Positions 43,401-50,600 of a DNA stretch of 64,000 bases are shown here, piece by piece (the first letter of the stretch is position 1; each line of letters begins with the position of its first letter). The stretch comes from a virus, in IMG/VR virus record IMGVR_UViG_3300009314_000003, positions 32,001 to 96,000 of that record; one strand, given 5' to 3'. The notes under the pieces were generated by a model. The model was not told where the DNA came from. It was given only the letters and a program-made list of their open reading frames with translations, and did no database searches. Both the position numbers and the translations under genes were made by a program.

Positions 43401-44669
43401 TATGAGAGGACTGTGTTATATGGGAGTACACACAAGAATTGGGCGAATCCCATATCCGATTTCGCTGAGCCTTATATGCGCGGACTTAAGTCTGTAACTG
43501 ATCCGGTACAGGGGGCTCTCTCTTTTGGCCTGGGTGGGTCCCTCTTCGGCGGACTACCTGGGGCCATCCTGGCTGGTACGTTTGGAGCTGTGTATGGCTC
43601 GGCTCATGGTATATACCGAGCAGCTACTGACAGCCGCTATGTGCCGGAGAGATTTGAGGAGATGCAGGAAATGGAGGAGTATTTTGATCGCCTCAAGTAC
43701 TATCGCTCCCATACACTGTACAAAGCCACCGGAGACAGACGTTTCCTGGATGAGATGGGCCGAACTGCAGTTGGTTGGTCAGCAAAAACTCGTGGCGGGA
43801 GGATGACCAGACAACGGAGGGAGGATGATACCAAGCGGAGCCCGTACGCCAATTATGCCAGGCAGCCAACAATATATGATATTACAGGTAATTCATCCAT
43901 ATACACCAGGATGATGAATTGGATGGGCGGTGTATTACCACCAGAGGGCATGACCCAATCCTCTCGCTGGGCTAATCAGTCATACTCTACAGCTGGTGGC
44001 ACAAACAGGGGCCATATGTCCCCCTGGTCAGGTCAGGATACAGAACGTGACTTGGGATTCAGTGCTAATGAGGAAAACCTGCTTGATTATAGTGGCGCTT
44101 ATGCTGCTATGCCTTACTGGGACAGACCCTTCTTCAACGCCTTTCTAACAACTCCTTATGAAAAGAGGGAAGATATCCTTGGGACGGTGGACAGAACCTT
44201 GGCTAGTATGTTACAGGCAGCCTGGGGTCACGGTGAGCCGGATATTGAGGGTATTGGCAATTACTTTGAGGACCACTATCAACCGCCCGCCGGTCATCCT
44301 ATAATGCTTCCGGGGGCTGAGTTTGAGGACTACAAATATGAGACCATAGATCAGGCTGGCCTGGCTGCTCATGACTTTGGTCTTGGCTGGAGAGATCAGC
44401 TGCGAAGAATTCAATCAAGCCCCATAGATATTAAACCCGTTAACATTAATGCTGAAGGCCCATCGAAGAAAGGCCTATCCCTGGATGCCGGACAAATTAA
44501 GCAATCTATGCACCAGATACTTGCTAGACTAGGTTACCAATCCACCCCTGTCAAGGTGTCAACAACAGAGTCTCTTACCGATTCAGTCTCTCTACGTGTA
44601 AACATCAAGAGGGACTCTACCAATCAAATTATTAACCTACATACAGAGTCAATGCGTTATGGCGGATAA
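31491..44669 (+). CDS. Giant tape-measure-position virion protein (4392-aa precursor, about 2210 aa after removal of 5 inteins) with a PD-(D/E)XK nuclease domain
   Basis: Follows the chaperones; Gly-rich hydrophobic segments; five Hint/LAGLIDADG inserts; motifs GTAIH..VDG..LEIKS..QLNAY. Confidence 0.8.
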   Translation: MPDQRETFEELQPQEGGGALKQLAGLGLALVGWGIGLTLARFGFTAGKAAALKRLAGIKKPATEVLKRYKTAAIYAQDKGGSFSHFASKAGMPGGKALADIRYAAEESPIIKSFRTSTKNKSILQKVGTYRSFPRGQRIELGRGLAAHYGREMAFVAPTFYVGEQMLGRLGWGAHQRDAHQGPAWWNIPGHAVNFARWLPGFLTIDLGARLGFGLVGAAKRATSNAVFKSQPLRSLPEIITNARRYAKDNLDSPVVNLITSTLASVRAFSHFVGGKTDANNQTKRFAERSYKTISGYRRTGATANEYITENTRRLFKDYRRFKAKAKSDLKRALSTDYTRTGAELTRLFDPDAAKSSPIHIFKKGFGVEYGGMREMSRHLFERKMPLVARLSGLESLRMRHLKGIGQSEEWKRIFRVIYKGIQSAREFGDAGNQVRKLVKGGYSEGGKRSFDDLIVDSRLFFDPVTKEVRNLSGFTFKDIIGRSLHYASKRLTFNTPLGKIDLVSIFGGRAVASYGMPSIVRLEHGRVPTKAIQRLYGVEVYPTPTDPSAKQFTQVLAIKDRKSGYTVWADVYGGDASGGTGLEVVARNMSLVSSTDSTKMMSVYAMRESMWPPLDKNALNERFKGGGITPTIRKWLHNKFDLFGGGKFYPSVWELALHHMRGDSRVWTIFHPEGLPARVASGIYKMKDLAASGGQKASYQIQYLDAAYRKARTEASKLLTRDDILSRILRKAYEGDTIKLWGVKTEFKIKDIIDEKIVEDGLPEPLRLVREILKIDETASADSRLGRNLKQIIDELTDRMPEMGGFHKYVSEGGVGETATVKAKRFLAERAILREADTLGAARQLDTPHAGDTVKNIVDDILVAFDDLAKTNAITTKDLLKVKMGMQGIRWEHEVRNLGSLSGKSQITGRGIDKLFQAVGERGLMAKEYKDVESLFDFLRKAKMEDPELWDSYRRMTGKFKTTMMVDSQRHALEMMSDVFGESPYLLFEGGPMGWAKNVFSWGYDTFGRTMDLVGLGWDRGRFPKFMGKDSIAGLWTKRFALMGGVAAAYQTVDTVTDTTPIFAGSLAHDELVAVRHKRTGLVSLVKIGEFVEDGRADNNQFEAWTNHGGKIGWYDITQGIRHKRETTLVRVELESGADLFVTDNHSLFTGSESNLQLQAPEVGKHIVALESQYPSGAGISRVDISDLVTSLPEKLYVAVEDPSLNRGNYKLRADAEDIWGSNYVRWLRDRVTYHKAVYRTTYEAYTECPKKEFTKIRHFRSPVKIPSGWELTREFGYVLGMFAAEGCATKSNGSVYGVLFSAKDYGSLGHRYKGHIRSRLVSALKTVFPDAKISHSHKKIILHGYLYYWLFHDVFKMGHGASNKRLPDFALNGPEGFRRGLIDGYIDGDGYQKQTGDTIRPAGIGSTSRELVTQVYLLLRMEGCQVKLSSREPRQGQIIDGRVVNGNYRTYAITIRDLHTDLYDVSNSNHARTIRSNRVSSAIASMSACEEQPDFVYDISVAGAEKFIAGFGFLYAHNTALDEGTTVFLADQAVRARLFAGYVYDITGITDTMKYLEGLMPKSTQVLPGAAMGFAMGGVPGAITGGILNAWTQPVLKEGPLSFLSLLPPTAPFVSDMTKSFKELQDLYSGRELEAVRKGSGWPFGSVPIEGCLTERTEVLVADGGTTSIRAIKVGDCVIGPAGPVLVTATKDRYTTPSEQLYTIISRYNRSDEVEITGNHPVLVAEDPFRCSVVSNGTCSPRRNQKCHKCSHPYWQSYKLGWKRADDITSDDLLAIPRRRFNSSSEHVIRWVDFLGDDYKYVGGHVWVNSKLGTFGNEALRAIVDLVLDDLPHKDSEKQRRIEAIATQSGRMPRQVRQKMVDVRDRLRDGCPRDCIDYVDLGSLAEYLPLSYETGRFLGLYAAEGSVCDNGTISFAFHANEIEYHQFVESCMRRYFGSDTVTHVSGPQTAGTNQWAVQCFSTPIASILGRMFNRGASSKDIPARLFEANDDFLRGFLRGLFDGDGHHNLIKPRVEMRLASKDLINQVQLVLEHFGVVGFVSQVDNNGFDAYEILVSSSNARALLQLMEGVHESTFYDSLPGKGAWVCGDFIFTEVHKISSRSCPEGTHVYDIEVAEGESFRTVGLHLHNSRITAYSPNWYPMLKAQYKATPALYGSKLEQWAFKDLPFVDFSFGDLIDPDYLTRKHYYDRPYISCLTPGTLIIGDRITAIDKIREGSHVYTKSGELSKVTEVHRRNVKEHITNIRIAKHSEPLRLTWNHKVMVMQTEVCSHRHNSSKSRRVCRFGLTNSDCVKCTNKLYKNYELGWVRAKHIEPGDIVVKSIPDTSEIVESINISDFVLDYPVYDGSVYYAPRANKLSAKLAWIKAHIPQHKDNEKGALKRLSAAYDIPLGYLYNHYYTCNTNQWERWTIPDALPLDKNLFTILGYYLAEGSLTTKGVSFVFHEKELNTYVKELINAASNLGFKSSSWRYKEGSKAIELTIYSVILRKMVDSLCGRAEQKHIHSLLMKAPRESRIAFVRSYINGDGCYTAVDRGIWTVTYTSVVPSISYQIQQMLSTLGVFAGIHKSECPPYKIKINDKVNGISSGVYYIGTINGVECRKLLDLFEMDHPQTNPPAPNRWGWMDNKFIYLAVRNVDREYYEGPVYDITVDGEHNYQTSSAIVHNSDIPFLEVPLVGPALAATAGQAFRAIHPMTLDHPMHKEEVQRALQEGVAYSWRGEEEPGFGPRYTGSVYTDESYSQGRIMGTLEGRSPTIRSNMDVRQIISEQIYRGWIEPAGLAGFCLPEGSEVITYGGLYKKVEDINLGDKLITHRGHPGKVTRVYKRFVDEDIIELSVSHYADVPVQLTGEHPVLVAKTKPCLKTHDKQHCLPLHGSSRCYCCPREFNTNLEWVVAKDIKEGDFVVQPSSIGLPHSGLLDLGKMDEVVNYKRVNNNSRCSRDRDHKYFVIEHDNIRWWNGSKKRFPRYLELTKDLGFFFGVYLAEGSLDPSPNKVNKHNRGPERIQFALHKDETDAIGRRLIRIAREYFNIDPSKCHITPNHGNGIRLRLQSHAQLAITMHLLLGSKENKYLHPSLSNGPTKFIIGLLEGLLIGDGCAFNNENLTTITPTISLTTTAYGIVQAVRYAMTRIGLHPPVTTRDDSIVGRKTIINSHVAIHKLPSYRLRLSGYTAVKLNQLIHLYSGDGDFNYKPIRKKAPEVFTLYDYTYLKVKKVVSKRYKGRVYDFEIGGDHSFMTTACIVHNCTSALLWDSDEPFVDEPVFAPASEMDSMGRAYWDMNIGDPFLIGEGIRRMIPRPRTSYEKVDDLLRNDMPGWLPENFRRGDPFCISPDTMVEVYDGLIRADGVKEGDLIRTIRGRYFPINKIAVREVDEPVYKIKLAGVEYITTATAEHPFRIHPGKWALAEDLRPGMYVAYPRLKIDFPTELEILGRRFQLSGPLAYILGNVLKYGRVGDLSLAVTGVPEGDSFARTVQNILGIKLSKQGHSRSKILLSLFKDLNLRLPPMFYGGPLNIFASFLKPFTDEPLPGRRFITLTLPNMSLAYQVWNCLIQHDVIGQIDGCQITIPRWMLVGFNKNAVLIDYLCGDREILRYGDISTIPYKKHERGNDDHLYIRVDEVEEIHYKGPVYGFEVDRDNTFCVAGCISHNTRIPRGEALLPGPGYESMFNMVLDFPTGASRLGYSAYEQALHMIGLKDPLSEDEEEIMSEGTAIHKMVQAQLTKEGVLKKVEAYVTDPYNRVSSYVDGVMGSAYGDIPLEIKSISSKGFQQLTRPKHKHNIQLNAYLHMMKAREGKILYVNRTDPSQTKEFKVRYDPRLWAQTLAELETAREYASQFLGEGYGSSTNGYSYVDRMQVLMNAAPFSTEYREVAQIVGQQSELGLLSDEQENHLKRMRRYHQNMMRRHELYPHRFKWNQILDPDPQYQQLNSNELIKAAAEYPLPARVAGSIWEYMTHLRSPLHSKLIGQYSPEEQYERTVLYGSTHKNWANPISDFAEPYMRGLKSVTDPVQGALSFGLGGSLFGGLPGAILAGTFGAVYGSAHGIYRAATDSRYVPERFEEMQEMEEYFDRLKYYRSHTLYKATGDRRFLDEMGRTAVGWSAKTRGGRMTRQRREDDTKRSPYANYARQPTIYDITGNSSIYTRMMNWMGGVLPPEGMTQSSRWANQSYSTAGGTNRGHMSPWSGQDTERDLGFSANEENLLDYSGAYAAMPYWDRPFFNAFLTTPYEKREDILGTVDRTLASMLQAAWGHGEPDIEGIGNYFEDHYQPPAGHPIMLPGAEFEDYKYETIDQAGLAAHDFGLGWRDQLRRIQSSPIDIKPVNINAEGPSKKGLSLDAGQIKQSMHQILARLGYQSTPVKVSTTESLTDSVSLRVNIKRDSTNQIINLHTESMRYGG
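34689..36050 (+). mobile_element. Intein 1 (454 aa, Ser1) with LAGLIDADG domain
   Basis: FAG|SLAHDE..VTDNHS..LGMFAAEG..IDGYIDGDG..VYDISV..YAHN|T. Confidence 0.93.
36450..37883 (+). mobile_element. Intein 2 (478 aa) with LAGLIDADG domain
   Basis: IEG|CLTERT..ITGNHP..LGLYAAEG..LRGLFDGDG..VYDIEV..HLHN|S. Confidence 0.95.
38079..39488 (+). mobile_element. Intein 3 (470 aa) with LAGLIDADG domain
   Basis: YIS|CLTPGT..LTWNHK..LGYYLAEG..VRSYINGDG..VYDITV..IVHN|S. Confidence 0.95.
39840..41216 (+). mobile_element. Intein 4 (459 aa) with LAGLIDADG domain
   Basis: AGF|CLPEGS..LTGEHP..FGVYLAEG..LEGLLIGDG..VYDFEI..IVHN|C. Confidence 0.95.
41466..42428 (+). mobile_element. Intein 5 (321 aa) with degenerate endonuclease
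   Basis: DPF|CISPDT..ATAEHP..VYGFEV..ISHN|T. The LAGLIDADG motifs are eroded (YILGNVLKYG, SFLKPFTDE). Confidence 0.92.
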
Positions 44670-47600
44670 AGAGAAAGATACAAGAGACATACTGATATCC
44701 TGGTCCCTAATTCTCCCTACCCTCCTGGGGATTGTAAAGGCTAATAAGAATCTACCTCGCCTGGCAGAGCTACAGGATCTACTTATCAGATACCTCAGGG
44801 GTAGGGTATCTATGTCTGATGTTATTTCAGGCCGTAAGGCTATACGGGCCGTATTAACTAAGGACGTGGAGCTTGAGAAGTTTGTCGAAGCCCGTAAGCA
44901 AGCATGGCAGGATCATCTCACCGGCAAGACTGGAAAGGAATTTAGTTCAAACATATCTGCTAAGTTTGTTGAGGACATAGAGGGCGGAAAAGATTTAGTT
45001 GAGACCAAAATTGATATCCACACCAGGGATACTCTGGCAAGCAGAATCGATGTTGTTAGGGAAAATCTGGGGAAACGGATTGAGGATATCAAGAATAGAA
45101 CTGGTATCAAGACCTCTGTATTGAATAGGAAGGACGCTATCAAGGCAAGGTCCACCTTTGACTTATTTGGAGCGCAGGTATGGTATGATATGTTTGGCAG
45201 TACAGGTCCTATATCTGGGGGTTCTGCCTGGGATATGATGGATGCACATGCGTGGTTCAGGGCCTATAAAACTTCAGGGCATATATCATTTACCGGGAAC
45301 ACACAGGACCTGGAGGTGAATAGTATTAGAAGTCGACTTTCGTCGTTTGATACATCACCCGAGAGTGCTGATGTAGACATACTTAAGAAATATGTTACTG
45401 AGCTGGAGAGAATTGAAAAGCAATTTGAGGCTCCTCAGCTAAAACCCATAAGTGGCAGCAGAGTCAAAGATCCCATATGGACCTCAATTATTGGCAACAG
45501 AGTGGCAACCTCGAATGGTAGGATTACTACTATTGGCGGAAAGGAGGTTATGGGGCTTGGTGCTATTGAGAGTAGTATTCAACAGAGCTTACTTGGCGAG
45601 TTGGAGCAGAACCTCGCACCACCAAAGCAGGGATTCCAAACCAGATTTGAGGATATATTCTATAACTATTCCCCCCAGACACAAAGATTTTATGATGTTG
45701 TATTATCACCTCAGTCACAAGCTAAGGAAGTTGCTAAGGTATTCAGATCGATGTCTGAACACCTGGGGAGATTGAAACGTGGTGGGGCAAATACTGTGGC
45801 TGCTAAGCTTGCGAAGGATGAGAGCACACAACGGGCCCTGACAAAGGTTATAAACAACATGGAGCTGCGACTGGAGGTTACTGAGGAGCACGCCTTAGGA
45901 CGTCCCTTCAAGTACTTTAAGTTCGTACTCGATTCCTCAGGGGCCGAGGTAGATAGGAGTATAAAGGTAGGGGATAAGACACTAGACAAACTGGTTGGTC
46001 GTATGGAGTTCTACTTCCCCACCGTCCAGGAAGGTTATTTAATTACACGCCCCGGCGTTCATCCTCTAACATCTCCCGCCACATGGCCAGCAGGGGCTAA
46101 GGGGATATCCCAGTTCATGTCTATACCAAGTACCGTAGCCTTGGATATAACTCAGCACATGCCAAAGTTCTATAATGAAATGATGGATGCCATGCTCAGA
46201 GGTGATAGGGCCCAAAACTATCTTATGAGACGCATTAATCATGCCATGGAACTGGCATCTCCTGCTAAAGGCACCGTAGGAGATATCTTTCGTATAGCCG
46301 CCGCCAAACATGTCGAGGGTAGAATATATGCTGGGTTGGAAGATTCCAGGATGTATATAAACGCCCTAAAGGCAAAGTCGGCTGTGGAAAACGTTAAAAG
46401 GATGCACACAACAGGTAAATCGCGTATCCTGGTATTTGATACTGAGTATGGTAAGGAAGGCCTTCTCTCCAGATCTTTGGGGGTACAGCGTATGGCACGG
46501 GACCCGGGCGTAAAGGTCTGGTCCATTGGCTATCAGATCCTTGATTATGAGGCCTCTTCAGGGAGGATGACGGGTATTATGGGTAAACCAGGCAAGCTTA
46601 TGATAAAGCCCAAAAACTGGAATAGTATCAAGAGTAATGTGGAGCAGTGGCTACGCAGGCAATTGCCCGATGAGAAAGCTGTGGAGAAGATAATTAATAA
46701 GATTCAGGAGGGTGAAGGACTACGGGAAGCCCTAAAGAAGCTGGTTGATGATATAAGGACCTATGGAAAGAACGATATATATGTCTCTGGTTTTGCTAGT
46801 ATGGATGCGGATTTGAAGAACCTGGCCCAGATGATTGATGCTGAATTCAGTAAGAAGGAGGCCTTAGAATGGAAGACGCAACTGAGTTATCTCCTTGATG
46901 TAGATATGGAACACGGGGCCCGTAGACAAATTGATGTTATGCGTCTTTACCAGGGCTTTTCCTTTGCCAGACCTGAGACAGCTATATCAAATGCCGCAGT
47001 ATTTGAAAGCCTGTATGGTATTGATTCAACGCGCTTCGGTGAGCTATTGACAATGGTAAAGGGGAAGAAGCAGGTGGAGCTAAAGGTCGCAGCGAAGAAG
47101 TTGTGGAGCAGCAGTTCAGAAATAGCCAAGGCCGAGCACGCATTCAAGACCTTTGAGAATATGAAGCTTGGGGTGACGGAGTATCATTCGCACATGGCCG
47201 AGTTTGACTGGACAATACACGCCATGAGTATGAAGAGGTTGTTTGGCCGCGTCATGGGCCCCAATACACTCGATCGTGAGGCTCTGGAACGCCTGTCAAT
47301 TGCTGCTGAGATACAACGTAACAGGTTAGCCGGTTACAAATCACCCTGGCACTACGTAACAGATACCATTCTGAATCCTCTCTTCGCCTCTACTTACTCA
47401 GTAAGTTCGTTTGATGGGGCCGGTACAAGTTATTCAGATCCCAATATGGCCCAACTCTCTCTCCATGCTATGCCTAAGGCACAGGCCGCGCGGATGATTG
47501 GGAGTTTACTGAACCCGGATCGTGTTTTACCTGGTGGTTTACTACATAATCTCCTCCGCCAGAAGTATCAATCCTTCTCAGGGCATATCCTATCTGTTAA

Positions 47601-50600
47601 TACAGGCCTCATGTTCAAGGATATGCACGCAGACATGACCCAGGTCATGAAGGAGGCAGACCTGCCTTTCCTAGGTATTGGTGAAGTAATGGGTACTCCC
47701 CACACCACCGCAATGCGTCAGCACATAATTAATACCTATATGGGCAGCTACGGCAATTATGCAAGGAACAATCTTAGAGTAACCCTAGGAGACAGAGCTG
47801 CGGAGGCGGCCATGAAAAAGACTACGATGCACATGACCGATAGTATCATAGGTCTTGTGGCTTACCTACCGGATAGGCATGGTTACACACACGATGCCGC
47901 CCTAAGAGTTAATAAGGCCATATTCGAATCAGTTAATGTACTTGGTCATGGAGACCGACCAGGCATCCGGAATATAGAATTGGAGATACCAATTCCTGAT
48001 GAATGGAAGAACAAGAGTGGTATGGCCATAAAAGATGTCCTGAAGAGACAAGGTTTTCACCCTGCCATACAAAGGCTTGCACGTGAATATGGAGGAAGAG
48101 TCTCCGGTATAGTTGACAAGAGGTGGGAATATTTCAAGATGGATGTGCTGGGTGAGGGGGATATAAGTGACCGCATCATCCACCCAGGTGATGAACTAAT
48201 TAAGGAGGTACAGGGTAGACGTGAATATCTCCGGTTGACTGATGTAGGTAGGAAATATGATAAGAAGTACCCTGCCGCTGTGGTTGGTATGAAGGTTGAT
48301 CTCGAACAAAATAATATTATAATTACCGTCAGTGAACACTCTCGCCCCATGCTGACCACCAAAATATCAACCGGATCTACTAAAACACTGTGGGGAACTG
48401 CCAGCTCAAAGGTGGAGAATGTAAATACAAAGGGCCGTGCTGTGGGTGGTGGTATGCTCTTGTTGGAGGGGTCAATAAAATCCCTAAAGGACTATGGTGC
48501 TATTGTCATGGCACAAATCGGACGTGTATTGAGGCATGTGTACAGCAGTAACCTCGGGCCTCTTGGGCAGGAGGGAGCTATTAAAAAGGCTTTGACACCT
48601 CTTCTCGGCAAGGACCTGGTTGAGGATATAACATTCCAGGATAACAGGCTGTTGACTACAGGAGGTAGGTCTATAGTCATCAGAAAACCTGAGCTGGGAA
48701 ACAAGATACAGACCCATCTCTCCCGTCACAGTGCCTCCGTACCCAAATTATATGACATGGTGGAGGCAGCTGGTATAACTATCGGTGAGGTGCGTAAGTT
48801 GTTCAATATCATAACGAGTAATATACTGGAGAGTGAAACAGAGAGGGAGAAGCTCTTTAATCAATTAGGCAGGGACCACCTGAACTCTCTGGAGAGAGAG
48901 AAGGACAGGTTACTAGGTAAAATAGCAACAGCCGGTGAGGGGCGAAGTAAGAAAGAGATTGAGAGGAGTAAGAACATGGTCTCGAGACAAATTAGGAGTT
49001 GGAAGGCCTTTGTCGAGAGACAGGATGAATCTGGGACAGCCCTATTTGATTTTATGGCTACCAAACCTTTTGCGGATAGTGCTGTACTAACCTCACATAA
49101 TGCCATAATTGCTCTCGAGAGCTTACATATCGTAGAATCTGGGCCCATCGACTTTATGAGGTCCTTTGACAGGATGGAGAGCTTCTACGGTTTTCCACTG
49201 GGCCCACAGAAATTAAGTCCGGCGGATGCTAATGTCCTGGAGGATGCTGTCCGGCGTGCCGCTGGAGAGGATATAGCAGCACTGGAAATAATGGTCGAAA
49301 TGGACAAGATGCGCGGCTTTGCCTATATAAGTAAAAAGACAGGCAGACCTATAATCAGGGAATCCATACAAGCTGTTAACCTGGCTATGAAATTTCTTAG
49401 AGAAGGCAGGCCGGCCCTGGCAGCGGCCCTTGGTGAGGAGGGGACTACCAAGATATTGAATTATGAGGCTGTGCAACAGCTAGCAGAGAAATCTGGCTTC
49501 ATAGAGCTTATGTCCACCAAGGATATGGAATCTGTTCTGACAAAGCTGGATGCTATTACCGATGAGAGACACGTAGGACGAAAGGTGGCTGACGCCCTGG
49601 TGGATATGGGCATCCTCGGCGCGAAGGAGGGTATGAGTGAGCACGACCTGATGAAACTATTAAATGACTTTGGTATCTCGGGACCAGATGTAGAATACTT
49701 TACAGACGTGATAAACCAGGACAGGATTCACCTTGTGGACAAGACTCTCCTGAATGAGATCAAAATGTTCCGCACTACAAAGGGTAGTATGAAGGACATA
49801 ACCTTGCTGGAAGTTCAAAATACCAGCAGCGCAATCAAGGCTTTGAAAGCTCGTGTGGGAAAGAGTAGGGCAGATGTAAAGAGAGTAGAGAAGCTTGAGG
49901 GATGGCTGAAGAATACAGGTCGGACTAGCTTGTATAAGGAAGGCTTCACCTTTGATCTTAGGGAACATCTATTTGGCTATCTCATGGACAACCCGAATAT
50001 GGCGAAGGGAAAGACAGATATACTTCTACGGCAGGTATCTAACTACCTAGAGCGTATGGCGAAGAGGGGATCCCTGCGGGTCGGTGCAGATTTCATTCCC
50101 ATACCAAAGGCTGCCGTACTGATGTCTATCCTCCAATCCTCTAACCTAAGTAACCTCCTGGGAGGAAAAAATGCCTTCCTTGGAGGGGCCGCAGTGTCTA
50201 CCCTGGAAGTAATGAGAGATGTGATGCAGTTCAATCAAGCAACCAAAGATATTGCTGGTCTTGGTGATGGTGCAAAAAAATCTGTGGAGGAGTTAATTGA
50301 GAACTGGACGTCTAAGGTACAACAGCTGGAGCATTCCATAGGAGTGCTGCAGGAACGGGTAATTGGGCCCTCCGTATCTCAGCTCATCAAGAAGGCCTTT
50401 ACCCTATATGCCCCCACCTCATACGGCAAGTTGTTACACCCCCTCCATCTGCTTCCTACACTCCAGAATAAGTTGTACGGAGCTCCTGGCGGCCTGGAGA
50501 AGGCCCTGAGTAACTTTCCTAAGTCCGAAGTTATCAAGATAAATAATAAGGTGTTTGCAGAGATAGATATTAAGAAGGCCTTTGCTAATCTAGTTGATGC

